A stretch of DNA of 64,000 nt from Candidatus Peribacteria bacterium (GTDB taxonomy: Bacteria; Patescibacteriota; Gracilibacteria; UBA1369; 2-02-FULL-48-14), in contig CALQZQ010000001.1 in NCBI GenBank assembly GCA_943349825.1, positions 34,157-98,156 on the forward strand. Direction: 5' to 3'. The notes beneath the pieces are model-generated. The model did no database searches, had not been told where the DNA came from, and saw only the letters and a program-made list of their open reading frames with translations. Numbering within the stretch: position 1 is the stretch's first letter; each line of letters opens with the position of its first letter. Shown here piece by piece: positions 19,781 through 30,061 of this stretch. A program made the translations under genes and the position numbers.

Positions 19781-20890
19781 TTAAGCTTTCAGAAAGCGCG
19801 TCAGGAAATCTTTTTTGAAGCTTTGGAAGGTGCCTGTTTTGATGTGCGCACGGATTTGTTTCATGAGGTGAAAGAGAAACGCGATGTTGTGCAGGGTGAG
19901 CAGGCGCATGCTGAGCAGCTCGTTTTCCATGGTGAGGTGGCGCAGGTAGCTCTTTGAAAAATCGGTGGAGGCGTAGCAGGGGATTCCCGCACAAAGTGGG
20001 CTTTCGTCTTCGCTGTATTTTTGATTGGTGATGTCGTGGCGGCCGTCGAAATCCCAGAAAGATTTGTGGCGGGCGAGACGGGTGGCGAGCACACAGTCGA
20101 ACATGTCGCAGCCGCGGTCCACGGCCTCCAGAATGTCATCGGGGGTGCCGACGCCCATCAGGTAGCGAGGCTTGTCTTTGGGCAAGTGTTTTATAGCGGC
20201 ATCTACTGCATAAAATTTTTGTTCAGTGTCTTCGCCAACACTCACTCCACCGATGGCGATTCCAGGGGTTCCGAGGCTGGCCATGAACTGGGCGGATTCT
20301 TCACGCAAGTTCGCGAAACGGCTGCCTTGGACGATGGGAAAGAGGGCTTGGTCGGCACGGGTTTTGGCGGCGAGGCAACGTTTAGCCCAAGCGTGAGTGC
20401 GTTCCATGGCTTTGCGCGCGTAGGCTTCGTCCACACCGGCGGGAGCACATTCATCAAAAGCCATGATGATGTCTGCGCCCAGATTTTCTTGAATTTCGAT
20501 GACTTTTTCGGGGCTGAAAAAGTGTTTGTTGCCATCGAGGTGGGATTGGAATTCCACGCCGTCGTCTGTGATTTTGGCACTGTCTTTGAGGGAAAACACC
20601 TGAAAACCGCCGGAATCCGTGAGGATGGGGTGATCCCAGTGCATCCATTTGTGGAGACCGCCCATCTTTTTTACGAGTTCGCTACCGGGGCGCATGGCCA
20701 AGTGGTAGGTGTTGGCCAAAATGATCTCGGCGCCGAGGGCTTCAAGGTCTTTGTAATCCAAGGATTTGACCGTGGCTTTGGTGCCGACGGGCATGAATAC
20801 GGGCGTTTCGATGTCTCCGTGAGGTGTACGAAAATTCCCCACGCGGGCTTCGGAGTCGCCGGCGCTGGCTTCTACGGTGAAGTCGAACAT
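19781..20890 (-). CDS. tgt: tRNA-guanine transglycosylase
   Basis: TPVFMPVGT, NTYHL, TDSGGFQVFSL, FDEC, PRYLMGVG, DMFDCV. Confidence 0.95.
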   Translation of the reverse strand: MFDFTVEASAGDSEARVGNFRTPHGDIETPVFMPVGTKATVKSLDYKDLEALGAEIILANTYHLAMRPGSELVKKMGGLHKWMHWDHPILTDSGGFQVFSLKDSAKITDDGVEFQSHLDGNKHFFSPEKVIEIQENLGADIIMAFDECAPAGVDEAYARKAMERTHAWAKRCLAAKTRADQALFPIVQGSRFANLREESAQFMASLGTPGIAIGGVSVGEDTEQKFYAVDAAIKHLPKDKPRYLMGVGTPDDILEAVDRGCDMFDCVLATRLARHKSFWDFDGRHDITNQKYSEDESPLCAGIPCYASTDFSKSYLRHLTMENELLSMRLLTLHNIAFLFHLMKQIRAHIKTGTFQSFKKDFLTRFLKA

Positions 20891-20895
20891 ATCGT

Positions 20896-21252
20896 TTAGG
20901 CCTCGTTAGAGGTCTCTTTGCTCACGACCTCTTTCTTGGCAGCCTTTTTAGCTTCTTTCTCTTTTTCCTTGTGGAGTTGAGCAGCCAATTCGTCGTTCAC
21001 TTTTTCTTCGAGAGTCTTCTTGCTGCGTTCCTTCTTCACACGGCCGGTAGCTGCTGCACGTTTTTGAGTGAATTTGTCCACACGTCCTTCTGTATCGATA
21101 AGAACTTTCTTACCGGTGTAGAAAGGATGACACTTGCCACAGATTTCCACCTGGATTCCTTCTTTGGTTCCACCAAAGGTGAAGAGATTGCCGCAGTTGG
21201 CACATTTAGTACCTGCGTCCTGGAAGTATTGAGGGTGAATTTCCGTTTTCAT
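20896..21252 (-). CDS. rpmE: 50S ribosomal protein L31 with a charged C-terminal extension
   Basis: [29 protein letters not shown]. Confidence 0.95.
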   Translation of the reverse strand: MKTEIHPQYFQDAGTKCANCGNLFTFGGTKEGIQVEICGKCHPFYTGKKVLIDTEGRVDKFTQKRAAATGRVKKERSKKTLEEKVNDELAAQLHKEKEKEAKKAAKKEVVSKETSNEA

Positions 21253-21257
21253 AGCAG

Positions 21258-22544
21258 TTATTTCTTCTTTTTAGAGGTTGGTTTTGCAGCTGATTTTGGG
21301 CTTGTTATAAGCTTTTTTGACCGCAAAGCCCGGCGATTATAGCGATACAGGAGATAGAACGCAAGCAAAAGAAGGAGCAGGCTGAAGGCCATGGCTTTCA
21401 TCACAAAAGCGTAATCGAAAATGTGAACGTCTACAGAGCTGGAATCGGATTGGCCGTTTTCATCGAAGACGGTGAGCGTGGCGGTTTGGAAGCCTTTCGT
21501 GTCGAAGGTTCGAGTGACGTTGGCGCCCTCCACGGTGTCCTCGGGATTGTCACCGAATTGCCAGATGTACTTCACAATACCTGCGTCGTCCACGGAGTTG
21601 CTGGCGTTGAAAGTAACGGTATCACCCACATTGGCAATGACCACGCTTTGGTCAATTTGCGCTACAGGAGCGGGATTGCTGGGATCGCCGTCCTCGGAAT
21701 TTTTGAGGCCGTCTCCGTCGATGTCCTCATCGCTGTTGTCACCGGTTCCGTCTTGATCCACGTCGGACCATTCTTGAGGGTCCAAAGGGAAAGGATCGTT
21801 CTTGTCGTCGACTTTGTCGCCATCGGTATCGGTGAGGGTGGGATCGGTGCCCAAGGACTCTTCTTCTTCGTTGCTGAGGCCTTCACCGTCGATGTCGTCG
21901 TCGCTTTCATCGGGAGTGCCATCTTTATCGGTATCAGCCGTGAAGTTGGGATCCAGAGGGAAGGCGTCGGCAATGTCTAGGGTGCCGTCGTTGTCGTCGT
22001 CGGTGTCTTCGTTGTCGCCGGTACTGTCGCCATCGGTATCGGTAGTTTCTTTATTGTTGAGAGGGAAGGCGTCGATGGTGTCTCCGCTGCCGTCGCCGTC
22101 GTCGTCGTTATCTACGCTATTGGCGTAACCGTCGTGGTCGGTGTCTTGATCCACGTAAGCGCTTTTGCTGGCACTGTTGTTGTCTGGGTTGTCTCCGTTG
22201 TTGTCCCAGGGCTGAATAGTGGCTTTGATGGTGTAGGATCCATAAATGGCCGGGACCCAATCTACAAAGACGTCGTCGGTTTTACCAGCGAGCGCTGAAA
22301 TGGGTTGGTCGGAGCCGATTTGAGCTCCGTTGGCGGTGAAATGCACGGTGCCGAGTAGGTCGTTCCCGCTGTTGTTGTGCACACTGGCCCAGATGCGAAT
22401 GGTGTTCCCTTCTAAGTAGGAGTCGGTGCTGAAGTTGAGGTCCGTGCTGGAAATTGCCAAATCTCCGTCGGCGGCCCAGGCGGGCGCAGCGGTGAAGAGT
22501 AGGCTAGAAATAGCAAGAAGGGAGAGGAGGTGGCGTGGTTTCAT
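21258..22544 (-). CDS. Surface protein with CARDB-like, thrombospondin-3-like Ca-binding and PKD domains and a C-terminal TM
   Basis: Signal peptide; DTDGD/DAFPLD repeats; [20 protein letters not shown] motif; TM plus basic tail. Confidence 0.8.
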   Translation of the reverse strand: MKPRHLLSLLAISSLLFTAAPAWAADGDLAISSTDLNFSTDSYLEGNTIRIWASVHNNSGNDLLGTVHFTANGAQIGSDQPISALAGKTDDVFVDWVPAIYGSYTIKATIQPWDNNGDNPDNNSASKSAYVDQDTDHDGYANSVDNDDDGDGSGDTIDAFPLNNKETTDTDGDSTGDNEDTDDDNDGTLDIADAFPLDPNFTADTDKDGTPDESDDDIDGEGLSNEEEESLGTDPTLTDTDGDKVDDKNDPFPLDPQEWSDVDQDGTGDNSDEDIDGDGLKNSEDGDPSNPAPVAQIDQSVVIANVGDTVTFNASNSVDDAGIVKYIWQFGDNPEDTVEGANVTRTFDTKGFQTATLTVFDENGQSDSSSVDVHIFDYAFVMKAMAFSLLLLLLAFYLLYRYNRRALRSKKLITSPKSAAKPTSKKKK

Positions 22545-22562
22545 AGGAGGAAGAAGAAAAGC

Positions 22563-25172
22563 TTAAACAAGAGCGGTTTGAGTTTCTTCGGTTTCTGTTT
22601 CTTCCGCACTGGCGGGAGCTTCATCTCCTTTGGCGATGAAGGACATGGAAGCGACTTTGTCGTCGCTCTTCATCCTCATGATATACACACCTTGGGTGGC
22701 TCGTCCACGGGAAGGTACATTTTCCAGATTGGTGCGAATGATGACTCCCTTTTTGGAAACGAGCATTACGTCGCCTTCGGTGCCGGGTTCGATCACACGA
22801 GCGCCCACGAGTTTCCCGGTTTTAGTGGTGAGGTTGGCGGTTTTGACGCCGGTTCCTCCACGGGTTTGGAAGCGGTATTCTTCAATGGGTGTGCGTTTTC
22901 CAAGTCCGTTTTCCATCACCACGAGCAGATCGGATTTCATGTCTTTTACAGCGTCCATTTCCACCACGGAGTCTCCGGTGCGGAGTTTGATTCCACGCAC
23001 TCCGGTGGAAGCGCGGCCCATCGGGCGCACGTCGGCTTGGTCGAATTGAATGCATTTTCCTTCGTGAGTCACCATCATGATGTGGTCGCCGGCGCTGCTT
23101 TGTTTGACCCAAGAGAGGCAATCTCCGTCACGCAATTTGATGGCGATGAGCCCGGATTTTCGGACGTTCTTGAAGTCTTCCACAGGAGTTTTTTTCACGG
23201 TTCCGTCGTGCGTAGCCATGAATAGGAATTCGCCGCCGAATTTTTCGTCGGTCACCACGAGCATGGCGGTCACGGTTTCATCCTTGGTGAGTTGCACCAA
23301 GTTGATGAGAGGAGTTCCTTTTGCTTGGCGAGTGGCCATGGGCAGTTCGTAAACGGGGAGTTGGAAGGTGCGGCCGGTGTTCGTGAAGAACAAGAGTTTA
23401 TCGTGGTTCTTGGCGAAGCGCAGAATCGCAATTTCGTCTTCGTCCTTCGTGGTCATACCGATCTTTCCTTGGCCACCGCGCGCTTGGCGGGTGAAAGCAG
23501 AAGGGTTCACCCGTTTGATGTAGTTTTCTTGAGTGAGTACCACCACCATGTCCTCATTGGGGATGGTGTCTTTAACGGAGAATTCTCCCAAAGCGTGGGG
23601 CACGATTTCCGTGCGGCGAGCGTCTCCGTATTGTTCTTTGATCTCTTTGAACTCTACTTGCATGATTTTGAGCACTTTCTTTTCGTCGTGCAGAATGCCT
23701 TCGAGTTCGGCGATGAGTTTGATCTTTTCTGCGAGTTCGTCTTCGATCTTATTGCGCTCCAGTCCGGCCAGGGTTTGCAAACGCATTTCCAGAATGGCGG
23801 TGGCTTGGAGTTCGCTGAGTTTGAATTTCTTTATCAAAGCCGCGTGGGCTTCTTCTTTGGTGTCGGCGGCACGAATGGTGGCGATGACTTCATCAATATG
23901 GTCGAGCGCGATTTTGAGTCCTTCCAAAATGTGGGCGCGGGCTTTGGCCATCTTTAGCTCGTAGATGGTACGGCGCGTGATCACTTCCTTGCGGTGCAAG
24001 ATGAAGTATTCGAGCACTTGTTTCAGGTTCAAAAGGCGAGGTTGGAGTCCGTCCACCAGCGCGATCATGTTCATGTTGAAGTTGCTCTGCAGAGGAGTGA
24101 GCTTGTAGAGCTGATTGAGGATTTTGTTGGGATAGGAATCCTTTTTGAGTTCAATCACGATGCGCATTCCTTCACGGTTGGATTCGTCGCGAAGATCGGA
24201 AATTCCGATGATTTTTTTGTCGGTGACGAGTTCGGCGATTTTTTCCACCAGTGTGGCTTTGTTGATTTGATAGGGGATTTCGCTGACCACAATGCGGTAG
24301 CGCCCATTCTTTTCTTCTTGGATTTCAGCTTTGGCACGCACGGTGACTCCGCCACGGCCGGTGGTGTACATTTCTTTGATCGCTTCACGGCCATACATGG
24401 TGGCACCGGTGGGGAAGTCGGGGCCCTTGATGTATTTCATCAAATCGTCGATTTCCAGCTCAGGATCCTCGGAAAGTGCGGAGAGTGCGTCCATCACTTC
24501 GTTGAGATTGTGAGGAGGAATGTTGGTGGCCATACCCACAGCAATACCCATGGTTCCGTTGAGCAAGAGTTGAGGAACACGCGTGGGGAGCACGCGAGGT
24601 TCGTCGTAACGTCCGTCGTAGTTGGGCACGAAATCCACGGTTTCTTTTTCGATGTCGGCCATCATTTCATCCGTAATCTTCTCCATTTTGGCTTCCGTAT
24701 AACGCATGGCAGCGGCGTTGTCCCCGTCGATTGAACCGAAGTTACCTTGGCCACGGACGAGGGTATAACGCATGGAGAAATCCTGGGCCAAACGCACCAT
24801 GGATTCATAAACGGCGGCGTCTCCGTGAGGGTGGTATTTGGCGAGCACTTCTCCGACTACAGCGGCGGATTTTCGGTAACCGGCAGAGCTGCGGAGGCCG
24901 AGCTCGTGCATGGCGTAGAGAATACGGCGGTGCACAGGTTTCATACCGTCACGCACGTCGGGCAGAGCACGGGAAACGATCACGCTCATGGCGTAATCCA
25001 GGTAGCTTTCTTCCATTTCATCCACAATGTGGCGAGGGAAGATTTTTCCGAAGGCAAAAAGTTCGGTAGGGGCTTCGGGTGTAGCGGGGGTTTCTGGCTT
25101 GGCTTCGGGCTCTTGATTTTGATCGTTTTCTTCAGGGTTTTCTGCTTCGGGGTTGTCTTTTTTCTTTGCCAT
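22563..25172 (-). CDS. gyrA: DNA gyrase subunit A
   Basis: [30 protein letters not shown], GyrA box QARGGQG. Confidence 0.97.
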   Translation of the reverse strand: MAKKKDNPEAENPEENDQNQEPEAKPETPATPEAPTELFAFGKIFPRHIVDEMEESYLDYAMSVIVSRALPDVRDGMKPVHRRILYAMHELGLRSSAGYRKSAAVVGEVLAKYHPHGDAAVYESMVRLAQDFSMRYTLVRGQGNFGSIDGDNAAAMRYTEAKMEKITDEMMADIEKETVDFVPNYDGRYDEPRVLPTRVPQLLLNGTMGIAVGMATNIPPHNLNEVMDALSALSEDPELEIDDLMKYIKGPDFPTGATMYGREAIKEMYTTGRGGVTVRAKAEIQEEKNGRYRIVVSEIPYQINKATLVEKIAELVTDKKIIGISDLRDESNREGMRIVIELKKDSYPNKILNQLYKLTPLQSNFNMNMIALVDGLQPRLLNLKQVLEYFILHRKEVITRRTIYELKMAKARAHILEGLKIALDHIDEVIATIRAADTKEEAHAALIKKFKLSELQATAILEMRLQTLAGLERNKIEDELAEKIKLIAELEGILHDEKKVLKIMQVEFKEIKEQYGDARRTEIVPHALGEFSVKDTIPNEDMVVVLTQENYIKRVNPSAFTRQARGGQGKIGMTTKDEDEIAILRFAKNHDKLLFFTNTGRTFQLPVYELPMATRQAKGTPLINLVQLTKDETVTAMLVVTDEKFGGEFLFMATHDGTVKKTPVEDFKNVRKSGLIAIKLRDGDCLSWVKQSSAGDHIMMVTHEGKCIQFDQADVRPMGRASTGVRGIKLRTGDSVVEMDAVKDMKSDLLVVMENGLGKRTPIEEYRFQTRGGTGVKTANLTTKTGKLVGARVIEPGTEGDVMLVSKKGVIIRTNLENVPSRGRATQGVYIMRMKSDDKVASMSFIAKGDEAPASAEETETEETQTALV

Positions 25173-25288
25173 AAGGGTTTTTAAGTCGCGCGTAGTTTAG
25201 CACAAAGATTTCTTTATCAAACGTTAAAAGTGGCCCCACGGCTGGCGGTTTTGTTGATTAAGTCACGAAATATGTTATAGTGCGCGCC

Positions 25289-25933
25289 ATGATTCTTGAG
25301 CCCTTCTTTTCTGGACCCGGACCACGCTTGGAGAAGCATCGGCCCGACTTGGAGCTTTTGCGAGATCAGGCTCGTGAAATTTTGCCTGGTTTGGAAAGGA
25401 GTGAGGGGCGCCCTGGACGCCCACCGTATAACTCCACGGATTCTTCTTTCAATTCTTTGGAAGCGCGGTCTTCAGAGCCAGCTGCTCAGGCTGGTCAACG
25501 AGTTGCCTTGGCGGTTTCTGACGCCTTGGGGTGGTCGGTCGTTCATCGTCCTGAATCTTTAGCGCGTTTGAATTGGAACTTTTTCTATGTTTCGGTTCCG
25601 GGGTTTAAAGCGGAACCTGGTTCTACGGAAGATTTACATGCCGATACGCTCCGAGAGAGAAGAGGTTTTGGGCTTTGGGTTCCTGACCCTACTTTGGCTT
25701 CCTTTCGACTTTTGGTGCCTCGAGATGAGACCAATCGCGTTTTTTGCAAAGAATCTGAGCGAGAATCTCCTCAAGTTCTTCTTGATTTAGGTAAGGCGAA
25801 ACTACTTAGTTTCTCTGGAAACTGTGTATTTCATCTTCCTGCCGGGGCCTACCACGATAGAGCGCCCATCGATTTTTCCGCTCAACCAGAACAGCCACAA
25901 GAGCGTTTTGCTCTCCGCGTTTGGGTTTCCTAA
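25289..25933 (+). CDS. Hypothetical protein, possible 2OG-Fe(II)/cupin oxygenase
   Basis: LHAD...AYHDR...ERFALRVW fits HxD...H...R; promoter TTGATT..TATAGT with ATG 7 nt downstream. Confidence 0.45.
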   Translation: MILEPFFSGPGPRLEKHRPDLELLRDQAREILPGLERSEGRPGRPPYNSTDSSFNSLEARSSEPAAQAGQRVALAVSDALGWSVVHRPESLARLNWNFFYVSVPGFKAEPGSTEDLHADTLRERRGFGLWVPDPTLASFRLLVPRDETNRVFCKESERESPQVLLDLGKAKLLSFSGNCVFHLPAGAYHDRAPIDFSAQPEQPQERFALRVWVS

Positions 25934-26009
25934 ATTTTTCTGCCTGTTTCGTTCTATGAAAACTAGCCTTTTTGTGATACAATGATAAGATTAAAAAAAG
26001 CGAAAATCC

Positions 26010-28544
26010 ATGAGCGACGCCACGCCCACGCCAAATCCCGCTCCAGTAAGCCAAAGTTCACCAAATCCAGTGAATCCGGTTTCGCCGACTCCGGTCGCGG
26101 CCCCAGTGACGCCAGCTCTTGTGGCACCTGCCGGAGGAACGATGGCTCAGCAAGCAACGGCGGCTGTGGCTAGTGCGAGCACGGCGGTTCAAGCGGCCAT
26201 CAACGAAGCTAAGCCAGAGTTCAAACAGATCTCTGAGGGGGCGAAAAAACTCGCCGGTGAAGCGGCTGCTAAGGTGACGAGCACGGTGAACACTGTGAGC
26301 GCGAAAGTCAGCCCTAAAATTGTGGATGCCGCGGAACGCAAGAAACTGCTGGAAGCTGAAAAGATTTTTCAGGAGGGAATTGCTTCCATTCGTGATTTGA
26401 TTGCGCCTTCTTCGTTTGAAATCGGTTATGACCATTTGAAGATCGACGGCATGTATTCGCAGACCTTTTTTGTTTACACCTATCCTCGTTACATCGACAC
26501 GAACTGGCTTTCGCCGGTGGTGAATTACGACGTGACCATGGATGTGGCGCAGTTCATCTATCCGATTTCGTCCGAGGACATCATGAAGATTTTGAAGACG
26601 AAGGTGGCCCAGTTGCAATCGTCCATTCGCATGGCTGCTGAGAAAGGAAACGTACGTGATCCTGGCCTGGAAACGGCTTTGGAAGACGCGGAAAGTCTGC
26701 GTACGGAGTTGCAGCGTGGTCAAGAAAAATTCTTCCAATTTGGCCTTTATTTTACGCTTTACTCGCCCAACGAAGAGGAGCTGCGCCGTTCTTCCAAAGA
26801 ACTGCAAAGTTTGCTCGCGGGGAAACTCGTGCTCACCAAGCGTGCCGATCTGCAAATGGAGCGTGGAATGAACTCCACTATTCCGATTTGTCTCGACGAA
26901 ATTGCCGTGCAGCGCAACATGAACACTTCGCCTCTTTCCACGACTTTCCCCTTCATTTCTTCCGAACTCACTTCCAACGACGGAATTTTGTACGGGCTCA
27001 ACCGTCACAACGAATCCTTGATCATTTTCGATCGCTTCTCTTTGGAAAATGCCAATTCCGTGGTGTTCGCTAAATCTGGAGCCGGTAAATCCTACGCCAT
27101 CAAACTCGAGATTTTACGCTCCCTGATGTTTGGCACGGACGTGATTGTGATCGACCCGGAGAACGAATATCGCGCACTTTGTGAAACAGTTGGGGGAACT
27201 TATTTGAATGTTTCTCTCAATTCCGATCGACGTATCAATCCTTTTGACTTGCCCACGCCACTCGAAGGTGAAGACGTGAAACCCGGCGATTTGCTGCGCA
27301 GCAGTGTCATCAATTTGACCGGTCTCATGCGTTTGATGCTCGGCACCACGACTCCTCAAGAAGAAGGGATTTTGGACAAGGCGCTGATCGATACCTATGC
27401 CACCAAGGGAATCACTATGGACAGTGTGGATCCTTCTAAGTTCCCCGTGCCGACAATGGTGGACTTCTACAACGTGCTCTCTGCGATGGACGGCGCTGCC
27501 GATATGGCGCAGCGCATCAGCAAATTTGTGACAGGAACTTATGCCGGAGTCTTCAACAAAGAAACCAACGTGACTTTGGATACGGGACTCATGGTCTTCT
27601 CTGTGCGCGATTTGGAGGACGAACTCCGCCCCATCGCCATGTACATCATTTTGAACTACATTTGGAGTCGTGTGCGCTCGTCGCTCAAAAAACGCATGCT
27701 GATCATCGACGAGGCTTGGTCTTTGATGCAACACGAAGACAGTGCTAAGTTCTTGTTTGGTCTGGTGAAACGCGCTCGTAAATATTATTTGGGAGTGACC
27801 ACCATCACGCAAGACGTGGAAGATTTCGTGAGCAGTGCTTACGGAAAACCGATCATCACGAACTCCTCGCTGCAGCTGCTTTTAAAGCAATCGCCGTCGG
27901 CTATTGAGCCGCTCACCAAGATTTTCAACCTGACAGAAGGGGAGAAGTACATGCTGCTCAACTCCGGAGTGGGGCAGGGACTCTTTTTTGCCGGGCTTAA
28001 ACACGTGGCCATTCAGGTCATCGCTTCGTTTAGCGAAGATAAGATCGTGACGACCAACCCAGAAGAATTGCTGGCTCAAAACGCAGTCGCCGCTGAATTT
28101 GAAACGGATGAGACTGCGAGCGGAAGTGAAACAGCTCCTGCTGCAGAACCTGCTGCTCCTGAAGCAGCCCCCGTAGTGTCCACTGAACCAGTGCCTGCAG
28201 CGCCGGTGGCTGAGGCTCCAATGATGACAGAAGTTCCAGCGCCGACTCCTGCGCCTGCTCAAGAATTGGAACCAGTGACTTTGCATGTGTCTGCTCCTCA
28301 CGAGCCCTCTGAAGAAGACTTCACGGAAAATGTAGCGGCCGTTTTGGATCAACCGATTGATGCACCGATCTCTGTGGTGGCACCTGAGCCAGTGGCGCCG
28401 ACTCCAGTAGCTCCAGCAGTGGAGGCTGTTCCCGTGGCTTCTGTTGCACCAGCTATTGAACCGGCTATCATGCCTGTCGCACCTGCCGTGACGCCAAATC
28501 CTTCTGCGCCTCAGGAGGTTCCTGTGGTGTTTGAGGCCAAATAG
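26010..28544 (+). CDS. VirB4/TraC-family ATPase with Pro/Ala-rich termini
   Basis: GILYGLN, Walker A AKSGAGKS, VIDPENEY, INPFD, Walker B IIDEAW, KRARKY, TQD. Confidence 0.88.
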   Translation: MSDATPTPNPAPVSQSSPNPVNPVSPTPVAAPVTPALVAPAGGTMAQQATAAVASASTAVQAAINEAKPEFKQISEGAKKLAGEAAAKVTSTVNTVSAKVSPKIVDAAERKKLLEAEKIFQEGIASIRDLIAPSSFEIGYDHLKIDGMYSQTFFVYTYPRYIDTNWLSPVVNYDVTMDVAQFIYPISSEDIMKILKTKVAQLQSSIRMAAEKGNVRDPGLETALEDAESLRTELQRGQEKFFQFGLYFTLYSPNEEELRRSSKELQSLLAGKLVLTKRADLQMERGMNSTIPICLDEIAVQRNMNTSPLSTTFPFISSELTSNDGILYGLNRHNESLIIFDRFSLENANSVVFAKSGAGKSYAIKLEILRSLMFGTDVIVIDPENEYRALCETVGGTYLNVSLNSDRRINPFDLPTPLEGEDVKPGDLLRSSVINLTGLMRLMLGTTTPQEEGILDKALIDTYATKGITMDSVDPSKFPVPTMVDFYNVLSAMDGAADMAQRISKFVTGTYAGVFNKETNVTLDTGLMVFSVRDLEDELRPIAMYIILNYIWSRVRSSLKKRMLIIDEAWSLMQHEDSAKFLFGLVKRARKYYLGVTTITQDVEDFVSSAYGKPIITNSSLQLLLKQSPSAIEPLTKIFNLTEGEKYMLLNSGVGQGLFFAGLKHVAIQVIASFSEDKIVTTNPEELLAQNAVAAEFETDETASGSETAPAAEPAAPEAAPVVSTEPVPAAPVAEAPMMTEVPAPTPAPAQELEPVTLHVSAPHEPSEEDFTENVAAVLDQPIDAPISVVAPEPVAPTPVAPAVEAVPVASVAPAIEPAIMPVAPAVTPNPSAPQEVPVVFEAK

Positions 28545-28584
28545 TTGGACATGCCGTGATTGACAGGGGTGTTTTTATTGCGCC

Positions 28585-28604
28585 GCAACCCCACGTGGGG
28601 TTGC
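28585..28604. repeat. Perfect 20-bp palindrome after virB4 (terminator or operator)
   Basis: GCAACCCCACGTGGGGTTGC. Confidence 0.6.
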
Positions 28605-28672
28605 CCTGAAACAATTCTTCTTTTGTCAAACTTGCCTTGATTTGTGACGATTTTATATTAAAACTTTTATTT

Positions 28673-28894
28673 ATGGCAGATTTTAAGGGTGGTGAACGTC
28701 AACCGGTATCTTTGGATAGATTGAGTGATGGAGACCGAGCTGCCTTCTTGGAACTCGATGCGAGTGGAGCGTTTGCTTCTTCAGAAGCACGAGTTACCTT
28801 TTTGAGAGATTTAACTGGTGAAGCGGTTATCACGGCTCTTAGTCGAGCTGGAGGAACAGATTGGCGTACGGCTGCACGTGTTGCGCGTCGCTAG
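28673..28894 (+). CDS. Small hypothetical protein
   Basis: 73-aa ORF after an AT-rich leader TTTTATTTATG. Confidence 0.5.
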   Translation: MADFKGGERQPVSLDRLSDGDRAAFLELDASGAFASSEARVTFLRDLTGEAVITALSRAGGTDWRTAARVARR

Positions 28895-28958
28895 TGTTTA
28901 AGGCGGTATATTGACAAAACTCCTAAACTTGTTATTATATCCAAGTTGATTTTTCCCT

Positions 28959-29543
28959 ATGAATCAAGGCATTGAAGCCACTTTTAAAACGGATTTGTCG
29001 ATTCCTAGATCGTTTCGGGCGGGATCGAACTCATTTTTGGAGACCTTGAAGTTGCGTCACGCAGGTTCGCGTTTGGCCAATGGATGTTTTGAAGTTGAAA
29101 TGGCTCATCCATCACCTTTGACTGTGAAGATGGATAGTCCTGATGAAGATCTCGTGGCCAAGCTCACTGGGGGTTGGCAGCCGGGTTCTTTGGTGGCGAC
29201 GAATATGGATCGTTTGTTTCCGCTACACATCTTGGAAGCTCTTTCCAGTTCTCCCCTACGTCGTTTGGAATTGGATAAAATTCAACAGGGAAGGTGCTCC
29301 TTCAGCCAGGAACGTGAAGCTCAACGAGCGGCGTTGGAGGCTTGGTTTACTCGTTATAAGGCTTTTGAACCGGGCAGTCCTACGGGAAGGCCAGCTTTAG
29401 AGGCTTTGGTGCGTGGTGTTGTGGCAAAAAATCGAGGACTTACTCGGCAGGATTCTGATTTTGTTACTCCTGATGACGTGCGAGTTTTGGTGGGAACCTC
29501 CATTTTTGAACAATTCAAGAAGGCTGGAGTGGTTCACTTTTAA
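28959..29543 (+). CDS. Hypothetical protein
   Basis: 194-aa ORF with its own TTGACA promoter at 28911. Confidence 0.6.
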   Translation: MNQGIEATFKTDLSIPRSFRAGSNSFLETLKLRHAGSRLANGCFEVEMAHPSPLTVKMDSPDEDLVAKLTGGWQPGSLVATNMDRLFPLHILEALSSSPLRRLELDKIQQGRCSFSQEREAQRAALEAWFTRYKAFEPGSPTGRPALEALVRGVVAKNRGLTRQDSDFVTPDDVRVLVGTSIFEQFKKAGVVHF

Positions 29544-29578
29544 TTGGCGCTTTCCCGCGTTCCCGTTAGAATCCCCGC

Positions 29579-30061
29579 ATGCGCACCGATGCTTGGCTTC
29601 GTGAACAACTGGATCAGCTCCTTCGGGGGCCGTTTTCAGACATGACGGTGGCGAATCGGCTCACTGTGCATTTTGGTCGTCGGGCCGGTCGGCGTTTTGG
29701 GTCTATCCTTATGACTCGAGATAAACGCGAAAGTCGCATTACCATCAATGGGCATTTTAGAGATGAAACCGTGCCGGAGGCGATTGTTCAGGCGACTTTG
29801 GCGCACGAATTGTCGCATTATGCTCATGGATTTTCGTCGCCCTTGCCCAAGAAGTACAAGAGTCCGCACGCCGGCGGGGTGATTTTGCGCGAGTTTAAAA
29901 AACGCGGCCTCGAAATGCTCTATCATTATGAGAAGCAGTGGTCCAAAAGCCACTGGGGTGAATACCTGAAAGCTCACATGGAGCCTAGAGCTTATCGATC
30001 GCTTTCTCGGCGGCCTGCAGCCACGGGTCTACTCCAGCTTCTGCGTCACTTTGAATGGTGA
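29579..30061 (+). CDS. SprT-like zinc metalloprotease
   Basis: TLAHELSHY zincin motif plus downstream PH.G..F. Confidence 0.75.
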   Translation: MRTDAWLREQLDQLLRGPFSDMTVANRLTVHFGRRAGRRFGSILMTRDKRESRITINGHFRDETVPEAIVQATLAHELSHYAHGFSSPLPKKYKSPHAGGVILREFKKRGLEMLYHYEKQWSKSHWGEYLKAHMEPRAYRSLSRRPAATGLLQLLRHFEW

